DNA of 64,000 bases from the NCBI RefSeq assembly GCF_009914755.1, contig NC_060927.1. One strand, given 5' to 3'. Position 1 is the first letter of the stretch. Each line of letters begins with the position of its first letter. Shown piece after piece: positions 13,401 to 25,400 of this stretch. The notes below the pieces were generated by a model. It did not search any database and had not been told where the DNA came from. It worked only from the letters and a program-made list of their open reading frames with translations. Both the position numbers and the translations under genes were made by a program. The DNA comes from the human T2T-CHM13v2.0 reference genome, Homo sapiens.

Positions 13401-16400
13401 GAGAGAGTAGAATTGGATCCTTTTTCCTTTTGAACTTTCCTCTGAAAAAAAATAACCATAGTGCTATTTAGTGAGTCATTTCATAATTAAGAGTTGTTGA
13501 TTCCAGTTTTTTTTACCTATTTGTCTTTTGGAAGGATAATAGTACTCTCTGGCTTAATTTTTAATTGACGTTCAGTTCAAAATAGAGTTTGTGAAGAAAT
13601 TAGTTGAATTGGAATTGTGACAGTAACATTACCAGTCTCTTATTATATCATCATTGCCAAAATTCCAGCTGTGCCCTTGAGAAGTCGGGCCTCCCTGGGC
13701 AAAGTCCCTTGCACCTGTGATACATGGGGCTGGGCTTGCTCATTGGGGTAGGGGTTGCAGCAGGGGCATCAGGCCAGAGGTCCTGTTGCCTCCCATGTAG
13801 AATAGGGACCACAATACTCCCTTTTAGGTTTCCGTGAGAACCAGGTGAGATGCTGTACCTCAGATGCTTATGCAAGGCCTGACACAGTCAGCCCTTAAGC
13901 CAGGATTTTGGAACAGGAGTATCCTAAAAGAGGGTCTCTGTGTGAGAAAGGAAGCGTCCCCATGAGCCCCTATCTGGGTGTGGATGGACCCTGTGGCTGG
14001 TGTAAGCTTTTGGTATGAGGGATGCCCCACAGGGAACAAACACATTTGGTGCTGGGGGGTGAGGGGGTTACAGCCCAGCTACAAGGATACACACTGGGGA
14101 CACCATGGTGGGTTTATTTTATGGGAGGAAGAGGCCCAGAAAGAAGGAGCTTAGGCATGTCCAGCAACAGGGAGGCTCAGGGTCGCAGAGTCAGGAGAGG
14201 AATAGCAGCACCAGTGATGGCCATCCCTGTGGTCCAGTGTCCTCCAAGATGACCCCTGGGCATCCTTTTCTCTGGAGTTCTCATTCACAGCCCCCTGGTC
14301 TGGCAGCAGGGCTGAGGGTGTTTAGGGCCAGGCAGCTGGCCATAGGGCATTGACTGGAACGGTGTCACCATAACCATACTGGCATGCAGGCCAGCTCCAC
14401 ACATGAAGAGATTACGTGGAATGTAGGTTCATTCAGATGATGGCAGACAGTGCAGGATCTGTCCTGGCTCACAAGGCACAATGGCCAGTGGTCCCAGAAG
14501 GCAGCAGCTCTCACGTGCCTAGAGGGCACCCCACTAACTCAGTCATCCCGTTTCCCCTTCTTTACCCTAAATAGTGATGCCCTGAACCACTGAGTGCCAT
14601 CTGATGGCATACACACCTGCCTCTCCCACTGTTAGTTGATGATTGTCCTTGGGGAATTTGTATCTTCCTGCCCTAGAAAGGAACTGGACAGAGGGAATGA
14701 GGCAGAAGTAGTCATCAGAGCCACCCCATTATCCATCCCCTGCCCTTTTGTCAAAGAGGCCAGGCGAAGGGGTAAGCAGGCAGCACTTTCCCAAGGACTG
14801 GAGCTGGCATGGGCTGAGTGAGGCAGAGTACGAGAGGGCTGTGCAATGAATGGATGGCTGAATGAGGAATGAACACTGAAATTGCGGAATGGAAACGAGC
14901 AGAAGAATAAGGGAATGAATGATTGGGATGGAGGTAGGGGTATGTTGGGGTTGGAGAAAATGAGAATAGAATGAATAAAGGAATTGGGACCCCAGCTGTC
15001 CCAGCCCCCAGGCACAGAGATTCTACATGGCCTGCCTTCCACCCGATTCTCATTCCCCAGAAGACTTGGGCCTGGGCCAGGTCTCCCCTGGCTCTACTCC
15101 TACCAGCCCCAGTGCCCTGTACCCTTCTTCCCCACTCCCAGAGGGCTTGTGAAGGGCCTCCAGCAGCCAGGTCAATGTTTATTTTTAGCCCTTACTTCAC
15201 ACGCCTCTTCCTGCCTGCTCTCCCTTCCTCACTGCCTACTATAGCAGAGCCAGGAGCAAGAGGGCCTGCCAGGCAACCTGCAACCTGGCTGTCTCCATGA
15301 ATAAATGTGTGAAGGAGCAAAGCACCAGGGAGCATGTGACCACAGGTAACATCTCTGCTGAGAGCTGGGCCTCTGGGCTCAGGCAAGCTGGCCTCTCCAG
15401 CATTTGGTCAGAGCACTTAGCATTAGGTCTGCTTCCTCCATCCAGACTACCCTTCCAAGGTGACTTGCTTCATTTAGACTGTTGCTTCTGTGTGGGGTTC
15501 GCAGGCCAGAGATGGGGTTAGGAGTTTGCCAGGCCACCAAGGTGGGCCAGGGCAGATATCCAAACTTTGAGAGGCCTAACATGGGATGGGTGTGCACAGG
15601 GCTCCAAAGTGGAGTTAGGGCAGCATTGCCTTGGGCCAGCCCACTGGGCCTAGATCCTAAACCCATCATGCTGACCATAGGGCTGGGGAAGGGGCTGTTT
15701 GATCATTTCCAGAGCTCTCTCTCTTGATCTCTGCCTATAGCCCTGCCATCTCTCCAGGGTCATTTTGCCATCTCACAGTCCTTTCTGACATGGGGGAATT
15801 TCCATTGTGTACACAGGTGATGCTGGGGGCATGTGAGCTAGGGTTCCTGGATCAGGCTCTGTGCTCTCCCATGTCCTGTTCATCTGGGGCTCGGTCTCAA
15901 CCTATCTGTATTTTCCCCAGGCACCTCTGGGGGTGCACCCTGCCAGGCCAAGTGAGCCCAGGGCCTGGCCAGTGGCCAGCACTTACTGCCTTGTGGGGTT
16001 TTGTGTGGAGACACATTGAGCATCAGATAAGGTTCAAGGGAGTCAGTAGTGGTGTTAGGGCTGGGCTGTGCAGAGAACAGAGTGAGTATATGTATGTAGG
16101 GCATCTAAAGGGTCCCCCTCCACAGCTGGGCCACTGCCCCATTCCTCTGCCTGGGACTTGTGCATGAGGTTGGGCCTCGGGGAAGAGCAGAAGCTCCAGT
16201 GGGAGAGAAGCAGTCTCGACCCTGAGTAACCAGCCTGGGGAGCAGGCCTGTCCCTCAACACACACCAAGGCCCTGCCACCTGCCCAGCCTAGCCTCTGCT
16301 GAAGCCCAGAGCAGAGAAGTGGAGTGTAGCTCTCTGTGGACAGCAAACCAGGGCAGAATCATTGACATGTTATCTGCCATGGTGGCCCTAGGATGCCAGG

Positions 16401-19400
16401 CTAAGGGCAGGCACCCTGGGGGTACCAGGCTTCCAAGGCTGCCAGAGGCAGCATGTGAAGTGAGGGTACTGAGGTTGTCAGCCTTCCTGGGGGTGGCAAG
16501 GGCCAAAGGTCACCTCCTTTTCCAGTCCTCTGGCTCTGTGACCTTGTGGTTCTTATGGTCCACCTCGGTGGCAGAGTTGCTGGTGGGAGCCTGTATGTCC
16601 AGGCACCTGGGATGAGTGAGTTCCCTGCAGGACGGATGGAGCACTAAGGCTCTGCGCCACAGAGTAAGAACAGGCACAGGTGTCTGTGGGACCCTGCTCT
16701 GGGCTCCACTGTAACTCTCATTCTCCATCCCATGTGGGCCAGAGAAGGACTTCAAATCCTGCCAAGGAGGAGCCCTGACTCTGGAGGAGGCTACTGGGAG
16801 ACATGCCCCTGTCAGCCTCAGACCTGCTGCAGGAATCACCCATTTAGGCCTCAGAGATGCCCAAACCCTACGCCTGTACAAAGCAGCTGGGGCTGGGAGA
16901 CATGGACTTCGCTTCTTGTGTTCTGGGGGCTTCACCATTGATACCTGTGTCATACTTGTAAATGACCTGTTTGGGGTTGTGGGCTCCAGAAAGGCTGCAT
17001 GCCAGTGCCTGTCTGTCTGCTGAGTCATGGCTGTCTTCAGCCCCCAGCACTGGGCCTGAAACAGTAGAGGATCCTGAGAGTGGTGGACTGATGGTTGAGA
17101 ATTTGATCCCAGTCCAGCTCTGGAAGGAGCAGGGCCCCTGACACAAGGGCCACCACACATAGTCCCCATCAGAGGAACAGTCCAGAGCCCTGGGGGCAGG
17201 AGGAGGCCTCTACCTGAGGGTCTCTGCTGGCCTTAGACAAGGTGACTTGGGCTGGGGATTTGAGCAGGGAGGACTGCTCAGCCCCTCTGTCCTCCACCAA
17301 GCAGGGTTACTCCCAGACAGCCTCCCCTGGCCCCAGGAGTCTGCACCCTATCTAGCATAGCCCTTACCTGGGAAAGAGTGTGGGGAAGGATGGAGTCAGA
17401 CCTGAGAGCTGGGAGGCAGGGGAAGCATAGTGCCTCCAGGAAGTGCTCCATGCTTGGATGCCACTCCTCTTCCACAAGGGTTCTCAACTGCTGGACTCCA
17501 TACCAGCCCACTAGGAGCCGTTTGCTCCCTCAGATTGAGACCTCAGCTTCCCCTGTGCTTAGGGCTAGGCCCTCCCATCCCCCACAGTTCTCCCCCTTTT
17601 CTGGCCGGGTGAAAAGTTCTCTGTGGGTTAAGGAAAGTACTCTTCTTTGGGGTTGTTACTTGCATTCTGACTTTGTGTGTGTTCATCTTAAAGGTAGGGG
17701 AATTTGTTATTTGGGGGCAGTAAATTGGTCAGTCTTTTTCTCCTTATGTCTTTGGTGTTATGCTTTGAAAGTTCTCTCCTCCCTAAGGTTACAGAAATAG
17801 TTATGGAAATATTATTTGAGGACTTCAGTGTCTTTTTAATTTTCATCAACCCCCTCTCCCATTTCCTTGCAGAAAACAGAGTGGCTCTGTCTGAACTGCC
17901 AAACCAAGCGGCTACTGGAGGGCAGCCTAGGAGAGCCGACCCCCCTGCCGCCGCCCACCTCACAGCAGCCCCCTGTAGGGGCCCCTCACCGTGCATCTGG
18001 AACATCCCCTCTGAAGCAGAAAGGGCCACAGGGGCTGGGCCAGCCTTCAGGCCCCCTGCCTGCCAAGGCCAGCCCTCTATCCACCAAGGCCAGCCCTCTG
18101 CCCAGCAAGGCCAGCCCCCAGGCCAAGCCCCTCAGGGCTTCTGAACCCAGCAAGACCCCAAGCAGTGTCCAGGAAAAGAAGACCCGAGTCCCCACTAAAG
18201 CTGAGCCCATGCCGAAGCCACCTCCAGAGACTACCCCAACCCCTGCGACTCCTAAAGTAAAGAGTGGGGTGAGGAGGGCTGAACCTGCCACCCCTGTCGT
18301 CAAGGCTGTTCCAGAAGCCCCCAAGGGTGGGGAGGCGGAGGTCAGTCCCATTCACTTCCCAGAGACCCTAGCTTTCAGACAGGACAGTCTATGGAAAGGC
18401 TTGCCTCCCTGGGTGGCTGAGGCTGTAGGCTCAGGACAGGTGCCTTGGGGCCACACAGGAGGGAAGGGACACAGTAGAAGGAAAGTCTAGATGAGGTTCT
18501 GGCACGCTTGGAGACTGTGGGTTTTACACTGGTGCTGTGTCTGGCACCTTGTCAGATGCTTTGCTGGGTTTTGATACCCTTTGATCTAGTAAAGTTTCTC
18601 TTTGAAGACCAAGGGCTGGTTTGGGCTTGCCATGGAACCTTCAGGTTATTCAAGGCCAGAAGGAGATAGGGTGGGTGGCGGGCCCTAAACCCTTGGGAAA
18701 TGGACAGACTCTTCCCCAGGGTCCTGGGATTGACAGGGAGGATTGGGTTCCCACCACGAGCTTTGCCATGGGGAGTCAGTGTCTGCTTTTCACCCTGCTG
18801 CAGGACCTGGTGGGCAAGCCTTACTCTCAGGATGCGTCTCGGAGCCCACAGAGCCTCAGTGACACAGGCTATTCCTCTGACGGCATCTCTAGCTCCCAGA
18901 GTGAGATCACAGGAGTCGTGCAGCAGGAGGTGGAACAGCTGGACAGTGCAGGGGTGACAGGGCCACATCCACCCAGCCCCTCCGAGATCCACAAGGTGGG
19001 GAGCAGCATGCGGCCTTTGCTGCAGGCCCAGGGCCTGGCCCCAAGTGAGCGGAGCAAGCCACTCTCCAGCGGTACTGGCGAGGAGCAGAAGCAGCGGCCC
19101 CACTCCTTGTCCATCACGCCTGAGGCCTTTGACTCTGATGAGGAGCTGGAGGATATCCTGGAGGAAGACGAAGACTCTGCTGAGTGGAGGCGCCGGAGAG
19201 AGCAGCAGGACACTGCCGAGTCCTCAGACGACTTTGGCAGCCAATTGAGGCACGACTATGTGGAGGACAGCAGTGAGGGTGGCCTGTCCCCTCTTCCACC
19301 CCAGCCCCCAGCCCGGGCAGCAGAACTGACTGATGAGGATTTCATGCGACGGCAGATTCTCGAGATGAGCGCCGAGGAAGACAACCTGGAGGAGGATGAC

Positions 19401-22400
19401 ACTGCCACCTCCGGGCGTGGCCTGGCCAAACATGGCACCCAGAAAGGTGGCCCCAGACCCAGGCCTGAGCCTAGCCAAGAACCAGCAGCACTGCCCAAGA
19501 GGCGCCTGCCCCACAATGCCACCACGGGCTATGAGGAGCTGCTCCCTGAGGGAGGCTCAGCAGAGGCTACCGATGGCAGTGGGACCCTGCAGGGTGGGCT
19601 CCGTCGCTTCAAGACCATTGAGCTCAACAGCACGGGAAGTTATGGTCATGAGTTGGACCTGGGCCAAGGCCCAGACCCCAGTCTGGACCGGGAGCCTGAG
19701 CTGGAGATGGAGAGCCTAACGGGCTCCCCTGAGGACCGCTCCCGTGGTGAGCACTCCTCTACATTGCCTGCCTCCACACCCAGCTACACCTCGGGCACCT
19801 CTCCCACCTCTCTGTCCTCCCTAGAGGAGGACAGTGACAGCAGCCCCAGCCGCAGGCAGCGTCTAGAAGAAGCAAAGCAGCAGCGCAAGGCCCGGCACCG
19901 CTCCCACGGGCCCCTGCTACCCACCATCGAGGACTCCTCAGAGGAGGAGGAGCTGCGGGAGGAAGAGGAGCTGCTTCGTGAGCAAGAGAAGATGCGGGAG
20001 GTGGAGCAGCAGCGCATCCGCAGCACAGCCCGCAAGACCCGGCGGGACAAGGAAGAACTGCGGGCCCAGCGGAGGCGAGAGCGCTCCAAGACACCACCCA
20101 GTAACTTGTCACCCATCGAGGATGCCTCCCCGACGGAGGAGCTGAGGCAGGCGGCCGAGATGGAGGAGCTACACCGCTCCTCCTGCTCTGAGTACTCACC
20201 CTCACCCTCCCTTGACTCTGAGGCTGAGGCCTTGGATGGTGGCCCTAGCCGGCTTTACAAGTCAGGCAGTGAGTACAACCTGCCCACCTTCATGTCCCTC
20301 TACTCACCAACCGAGACACCCTCCGGCAGCTCCACCACTCCCAGTTCCGGACGGCCGCTCAAGAGCGCTGAGGAGGCTTATGAGGAGATGATGCGCAAAG
20401 CTGAGCTGCTCCAGAGGCAGCAAGGCCAGGCAGCAGGGGCCCGGGGACCCCATGGCGGCCCCTCTCAGCCCACAGGCCCCCGGGGCCTGGGCTCCTTCGA
20501 ATATCAAGACACTACAGACCGTGAGTATGGCCAGGCTGCTCAGCCTGCCGCAGAGGGCACGCCAGCCAGCCTGGGAGCAGCCGTGTACGAAGAAATCCTT
20601 CAGACATCACAGAGCATAGTCCGCATGCGGCAGGCCTCCTCACGAGACCTGGCTTTTGCTGAGGACAAAAAGAAGGAGAAGCAGTTTCTAAATGCTGAGA
20701 GTGCATACATGGACCCAATGAAGCAAAATGGTGGCCCCCTTACCCCTGGTACCAGTCCCACCCAGCTCGCTGCCCCTGTGTCCTTCTCTACCCCCACCTC
20801 CTCAGACAGCAGCGGGGGCCGAGTTATTCCCGATGTCCGTGTCACTCAGCATTTTGCAAAGGAGACTCAGGACCCCCTCAAGCTGCACAGCTCTCCTGCC
20901 TCCCCCAGCTCAGCCTCCAAGGAGATAGGCATGCCCTTTTCCCAGGGCCCTGGGACCCCAGCCACCACAGCTGTGGCTCCTTGTCCAGCTGGGCTGCCAC
21001 GAGGATATATGACTCCAGCCTCCCCAGCAGGCTCCGAGCGTAGTCCTTCACCATCTTCCACAGCCCACAGCTATGGACACAGCCCAACCACTGCAAACTA
21101 TGGGTCCCAAACTGAGGATCTACCCCAGGCCCCCAGTGGCCTTGCTGCAGCTGGACGAGCTGCTAGAGAGAAGCCCTTGAGTGCGAGTGACGGTGAGGGT
21201 GGCACTCCTCAGCCTTCCCGGGCATATTCCTACTTTGCAAGCTCCAGCCCACCTCTCTCCCCGTCTTCCCCCTCAGAGAGTCCCACATTCTCCCCTGGCA
21301 AGATGGGCCCAAGGGCCACAGCAGAGTTCTCTACACAGACGCCAAGTCCAGCCCCTGCCTCAGACATGCCACGGAGCCCTGGTGCCCCCACTCCATCACC
21401 TATGGTAGCCCAGGGTACACAAACACCACATCGACCCAGCACGCCTCGCCTGGTGTGGCAGGAGTCCTCTCAAGAGGCTCCCTTTATGGTCATCACGCTG
21501 GCATCTGACGCCTCCAGCCAGACCAGGATGGTACATGCCAGTGCCTCCACCTCCCCGCTCTGCTCACCTACTGAAACCCAGCCCACCACCCATGGCTACA
21601 GCCAGACAACACCTCCGAGTGTGTCTCAGCTGCCCCCAGAGCCACCTGGGCCACCTGGCTTTCCACGGGTGCCCAGTGCTGGTGCAGATGGGCCCCTGGC
21701 ACTATATGGCTGGGGTGCCCTCCCTGCTGAGAACATCTCCCTGTGCCGGATCTCCTCTGTCCCTGGGACGTCTAGGGTTGAGCCAGGCCCCAGGACCCCT
21801 GGCACTGCAGTGGTAGACCTCCGTACAGCTGTCAAGCCCACTCCCATCATCCTCACTGACCAGGGCATGGACCTCACCTCTCTTGCTGTGGAAGCGAGGA
21901 AGTATGGTCTTGCCCTGGATCCAATCCCAGGACGGCAGTCGACCGCCGTGCAGCCCTTGGTTATCAACCTCAATGCCCAGGAGCATACCTTCCTTGCTAC
22001 TGCCACCACCGTGAGCATCACCATGGCCTCGTCTGTGTTCATGGCTCAACAAAAGCAGCCTGTGGTCTATGGAGACCCCTACCAGAGCCGCCTTGACTTT
22101 GGCCAGGGTGGGGGTAGCCCTGTGTGCCTGGCCCAGGTCAAACAAGTAGAGCAGGCTGTCCAGACAGCCCCATACCGAAGTGGGCCCCGGGGAAGACCCA
22201 GGGAGGCCAAGTTTGCCAGATATAACCTACCCAACCAAGTAGCTCCTCTGGCCAGAAGAGACGTTTTGATCACTCAGATGGGCACCGCCCAGAGCATTGG
22301 CCTCAAGCCAGGCCCAGTGCCAGAGCCAGGTGCCGAGCCCCACCGGGCCACCCCTGCAGAGCTGCGGTCACATGCTCTGCCAGGTGCCAGGAAGCCACAC

Positions 22401-25400
22401 ACAGTGGTGGTGCAGATGGGAGAGGGCACAGCAGGCACTGTGACCACACTGCTCCCAGAGGAGCCTGCGGGTGCCCTGGACCTTACCGGGATGAGGCCTG
22501 AGAGCCAGCTGGCATGCTGTGACATGGTCTACAAGCTCCCCTTTGGCAGCAGCTGCACTGGCACCTTCCACCCGGCCCCCAGTGTGCCTGAGAAGAGCAT
22601 GGCAGATGCTGCCCCACCTGGCCAAAGCAGCAGCCCCTTCTATGGTCCCCGGGACCCTGAGCCTCCTGAGCCCCCAACCTACCGGGCACAGGGGGTGGTG
22701 GGGCCTGGGCCCCATGAGGAGCAGAGGCCCTACCCACAAGGCCTGCCTGGTAGGCTGTACTCCTCCATGTCTGACACCAATTTGGCTGAGGCTGGCCTCA
22801 ACTACCATGCCCAGAGGATCGGGCAGCTCTTCCAGGGTCCTGGACGAGACTCGGCTATGGACCTCAGCTCACTGAAGCACTCCTACAGCCTGGGCTTTGC
22901 GGATGGACGCTACCTAGGGCAGGGCTTGCAGTATGGCTCAGTCACGGACCTGCGTCATCCTACAGACCTTTTGGCTCACCCGCTTCCCATGCGGCGCTAT
23001 AGCTCAGTGTCGAACATCTACTCAGACCACAGGTACGGCCCACGGGGAGATGCAGTTGGCTTCCAGGAGGCCAGCCTGGCCCAGTACAGTGCCACCACAG
23101 CCCGTGAAATCAGTCGCATGTGCGCTGCCCTCAACTCCATGGACCAGTATGGTGGGCGGCATGGCAGTGGTGGTGGTGGCCCTGACCTTGTGCAGTACCA
23201 GCCCCAGCACGGGCCCGGGCTCAGTGCTCCACAGAGTCTGGTTCCCCTCAGACCTGGACTCCTTGGTAACCCCACCTTTCCAGAGGGCCACCCAAGTCCT
23301 GGGAACTTGGCCCAGTATGGGCCTGCAGCAGGCCAAGGAACAGCAGTCAGACAGCTGCTGCCGTCCACAGCCACTGTACGTGCAGCTGATGGCATGATCT
23401 ACTCGACTATCAATACCCCAATTGCTGCAACACTGCCCATCACCACCCAGCCTGCCTCAGTCCTGCGGCCCATGGTGCGTGGTGGCATGTACAGGCCTTA
23501 CGCATCTGGTGGAATCACAGCCGTGCCACTCACCAGTCTGACACGTGTGCCCATGATTGCCCCCCGGGTACCTCTTGGACCCACAGGGCTGTACCGCTAT
23601 CCTGCACCAAGTAGATTTCCCATTGCTTCCAGTGTTCCACCTGCAGAAGGGCCTGTCTATCTGGGGAAACCTGCTGCTGCCAAGGCCCCTGGGGCTGGGG
23701 GCCCTTCAAGGCCAGAGATGCCAGTAGGGGCTGCACGGGAAGAGCCTCTTCCCACAACCACCCCTGCTGCCATCAAGGAGGCTGCAGGAGCCCCAGCTCC
23801 TGCCCCACTAGCTGGCCAGAAGCCACCAGCAGATGCTGCTCCTGGGGGTGGCAGTGGGGCCCTCAGCCGGCCAGGGTTCGAGAAAGAGGAAGCATCACAG
23901 GAGGAGAGGCAGCGGAAGCAACAGGAGCAGCTGCTCCAGCTAGAGCGGGAGCGGGTGGAGTTGGAGAAGCTGCGACAACTTCGGCTGCAAGAGGAGCTAG
24001 AGCGGGAACGTGTGGAGCTGCAGAGGCACCGTGAGGAGGAGCAGCTGCTGGTGCAGCGGGAGTTGCAGGAGCTGCAGACCATCAAGCACCATGTGCTGCA
24101 GCAGCAGCAAGAGGAACGCCAGGCTCAATTTGCACTGCAGCGGGAACAGCTAGCGCAGCAGCGTCTGCAGCTGGAGCAGATCCAGCAGCTGCAGCAGCAG
24201 CTGCAGCAGCAGCTAGAGGAGCAGAAGCAGCGGCAGAAGGCTCCCTTTCCTGCAGCCTGTGAGGCACCTGGCCGAGGGCCTCCCCTAGCGGCTGCTGAGT
24301 TGGCCCAGAATGGCCAGTATTGGCCCCCCCTTACACATGCAGCCTTCATTGCCATGGCAGGGCCTGAAGGACTTGGGCAGCCTCGTGAGCCTGTGCTGCA
24401 CCGGGGTCTCCCCAGCTCTGCCTCAGACATGTCACTGCAAACGGAGGAGCAGTGGGAGGCCAGCCGTAGTGGCATCAAGAAGCGGCACTCCATGCCACGC
24501 CTGCGGGATGCCTGTGAGCTAGAGTCTGGGACTGAGCCCTGTGTGGTCAGGAGGATTGCCGACAGCAGCGTGCAGACAGACGATGAGGATGGGGAGAGCC
24601 GCTACCTCTTGAGTCGGCGACGCCGGGCACGGCGGAGTGCTGACTGCAGTGTGCAGACGGACGACGAAGACAGTGCTGAGTGGGAGCAGCCAGTGCGCCG
24701 CCGCAGGTCTCGTCTTCCCCGCCACTCAGACTCAGGCTCTGACAGCAAGCACGATGCCACTGCCTCATCATCCAGTGCTGCTGCCACTGTGAGGGCCATG
24801 AGCAGCGTGGGCATCCAGACCATCAGTGACTGCTCCGTGCAGACGGAGCCTGACCAGCTGCCCAGGGTCTCTCCAGCCATCCACATCACAGCTGCCACCG
24901 ATCCCAAGGTGGAGATCGTCAGGTACATATCGGCGCCAGAGAAGACTGGGCGTGGGGAGAGCCTGGCCTGCCAGACGGAGCCAGATGGGCAGGCCCAGGG
25001 TGTAGCCGGGCCGCAGCTTGTAGGGCCAACTGCCATCAGCCCCTACCTGCCTGGCATCCAGATCGTCACCCCAGGGCCTCTGGGCAGATTTGAAAAAAAG
25101 AAGCCAGATCCCCTGGAGATTGGGTACCAGGCCCACCTGCCTCCGGAGTCTCTCTCACAGCTTGTGAGCCGCCAGCCTCCCAAGTCCCCTCAGGTCCTCT
25201 ACTCACCAGTCTCACCCCTGTCCCCTCACCGGCTCCTGGACACCTCCTTTGCTTCCAGTGAGAGGCTGAACAAAGCTCACGTGAGTCCCCAGAAGCACTT
25301 CACGGCTGACAGCGCTCTCCGCCAGCAGACGCTGCCTCGCCCCATGAAGACCCTGCAGCGGTCCCTGTCTGACCCTAAGCCCCTCAGCCCCACCGCCGAA

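Noticed and set aside
16510-17169. 219-aa antisense ORF in BSN intron 3 and similar 100-180 aa intronic ORFs
   Set aside because: No domain similarity, coding-like composition or promoter/splice support; compatible with chance in GC-rich DNA.
24080-24240. CAG-rich tract as a possible repeat expansion
   Set aside because: Interrupted CAG/CTG codons encode a Q/L coiled coil; no long pure CAG run (exon 7 also has only five Gln).
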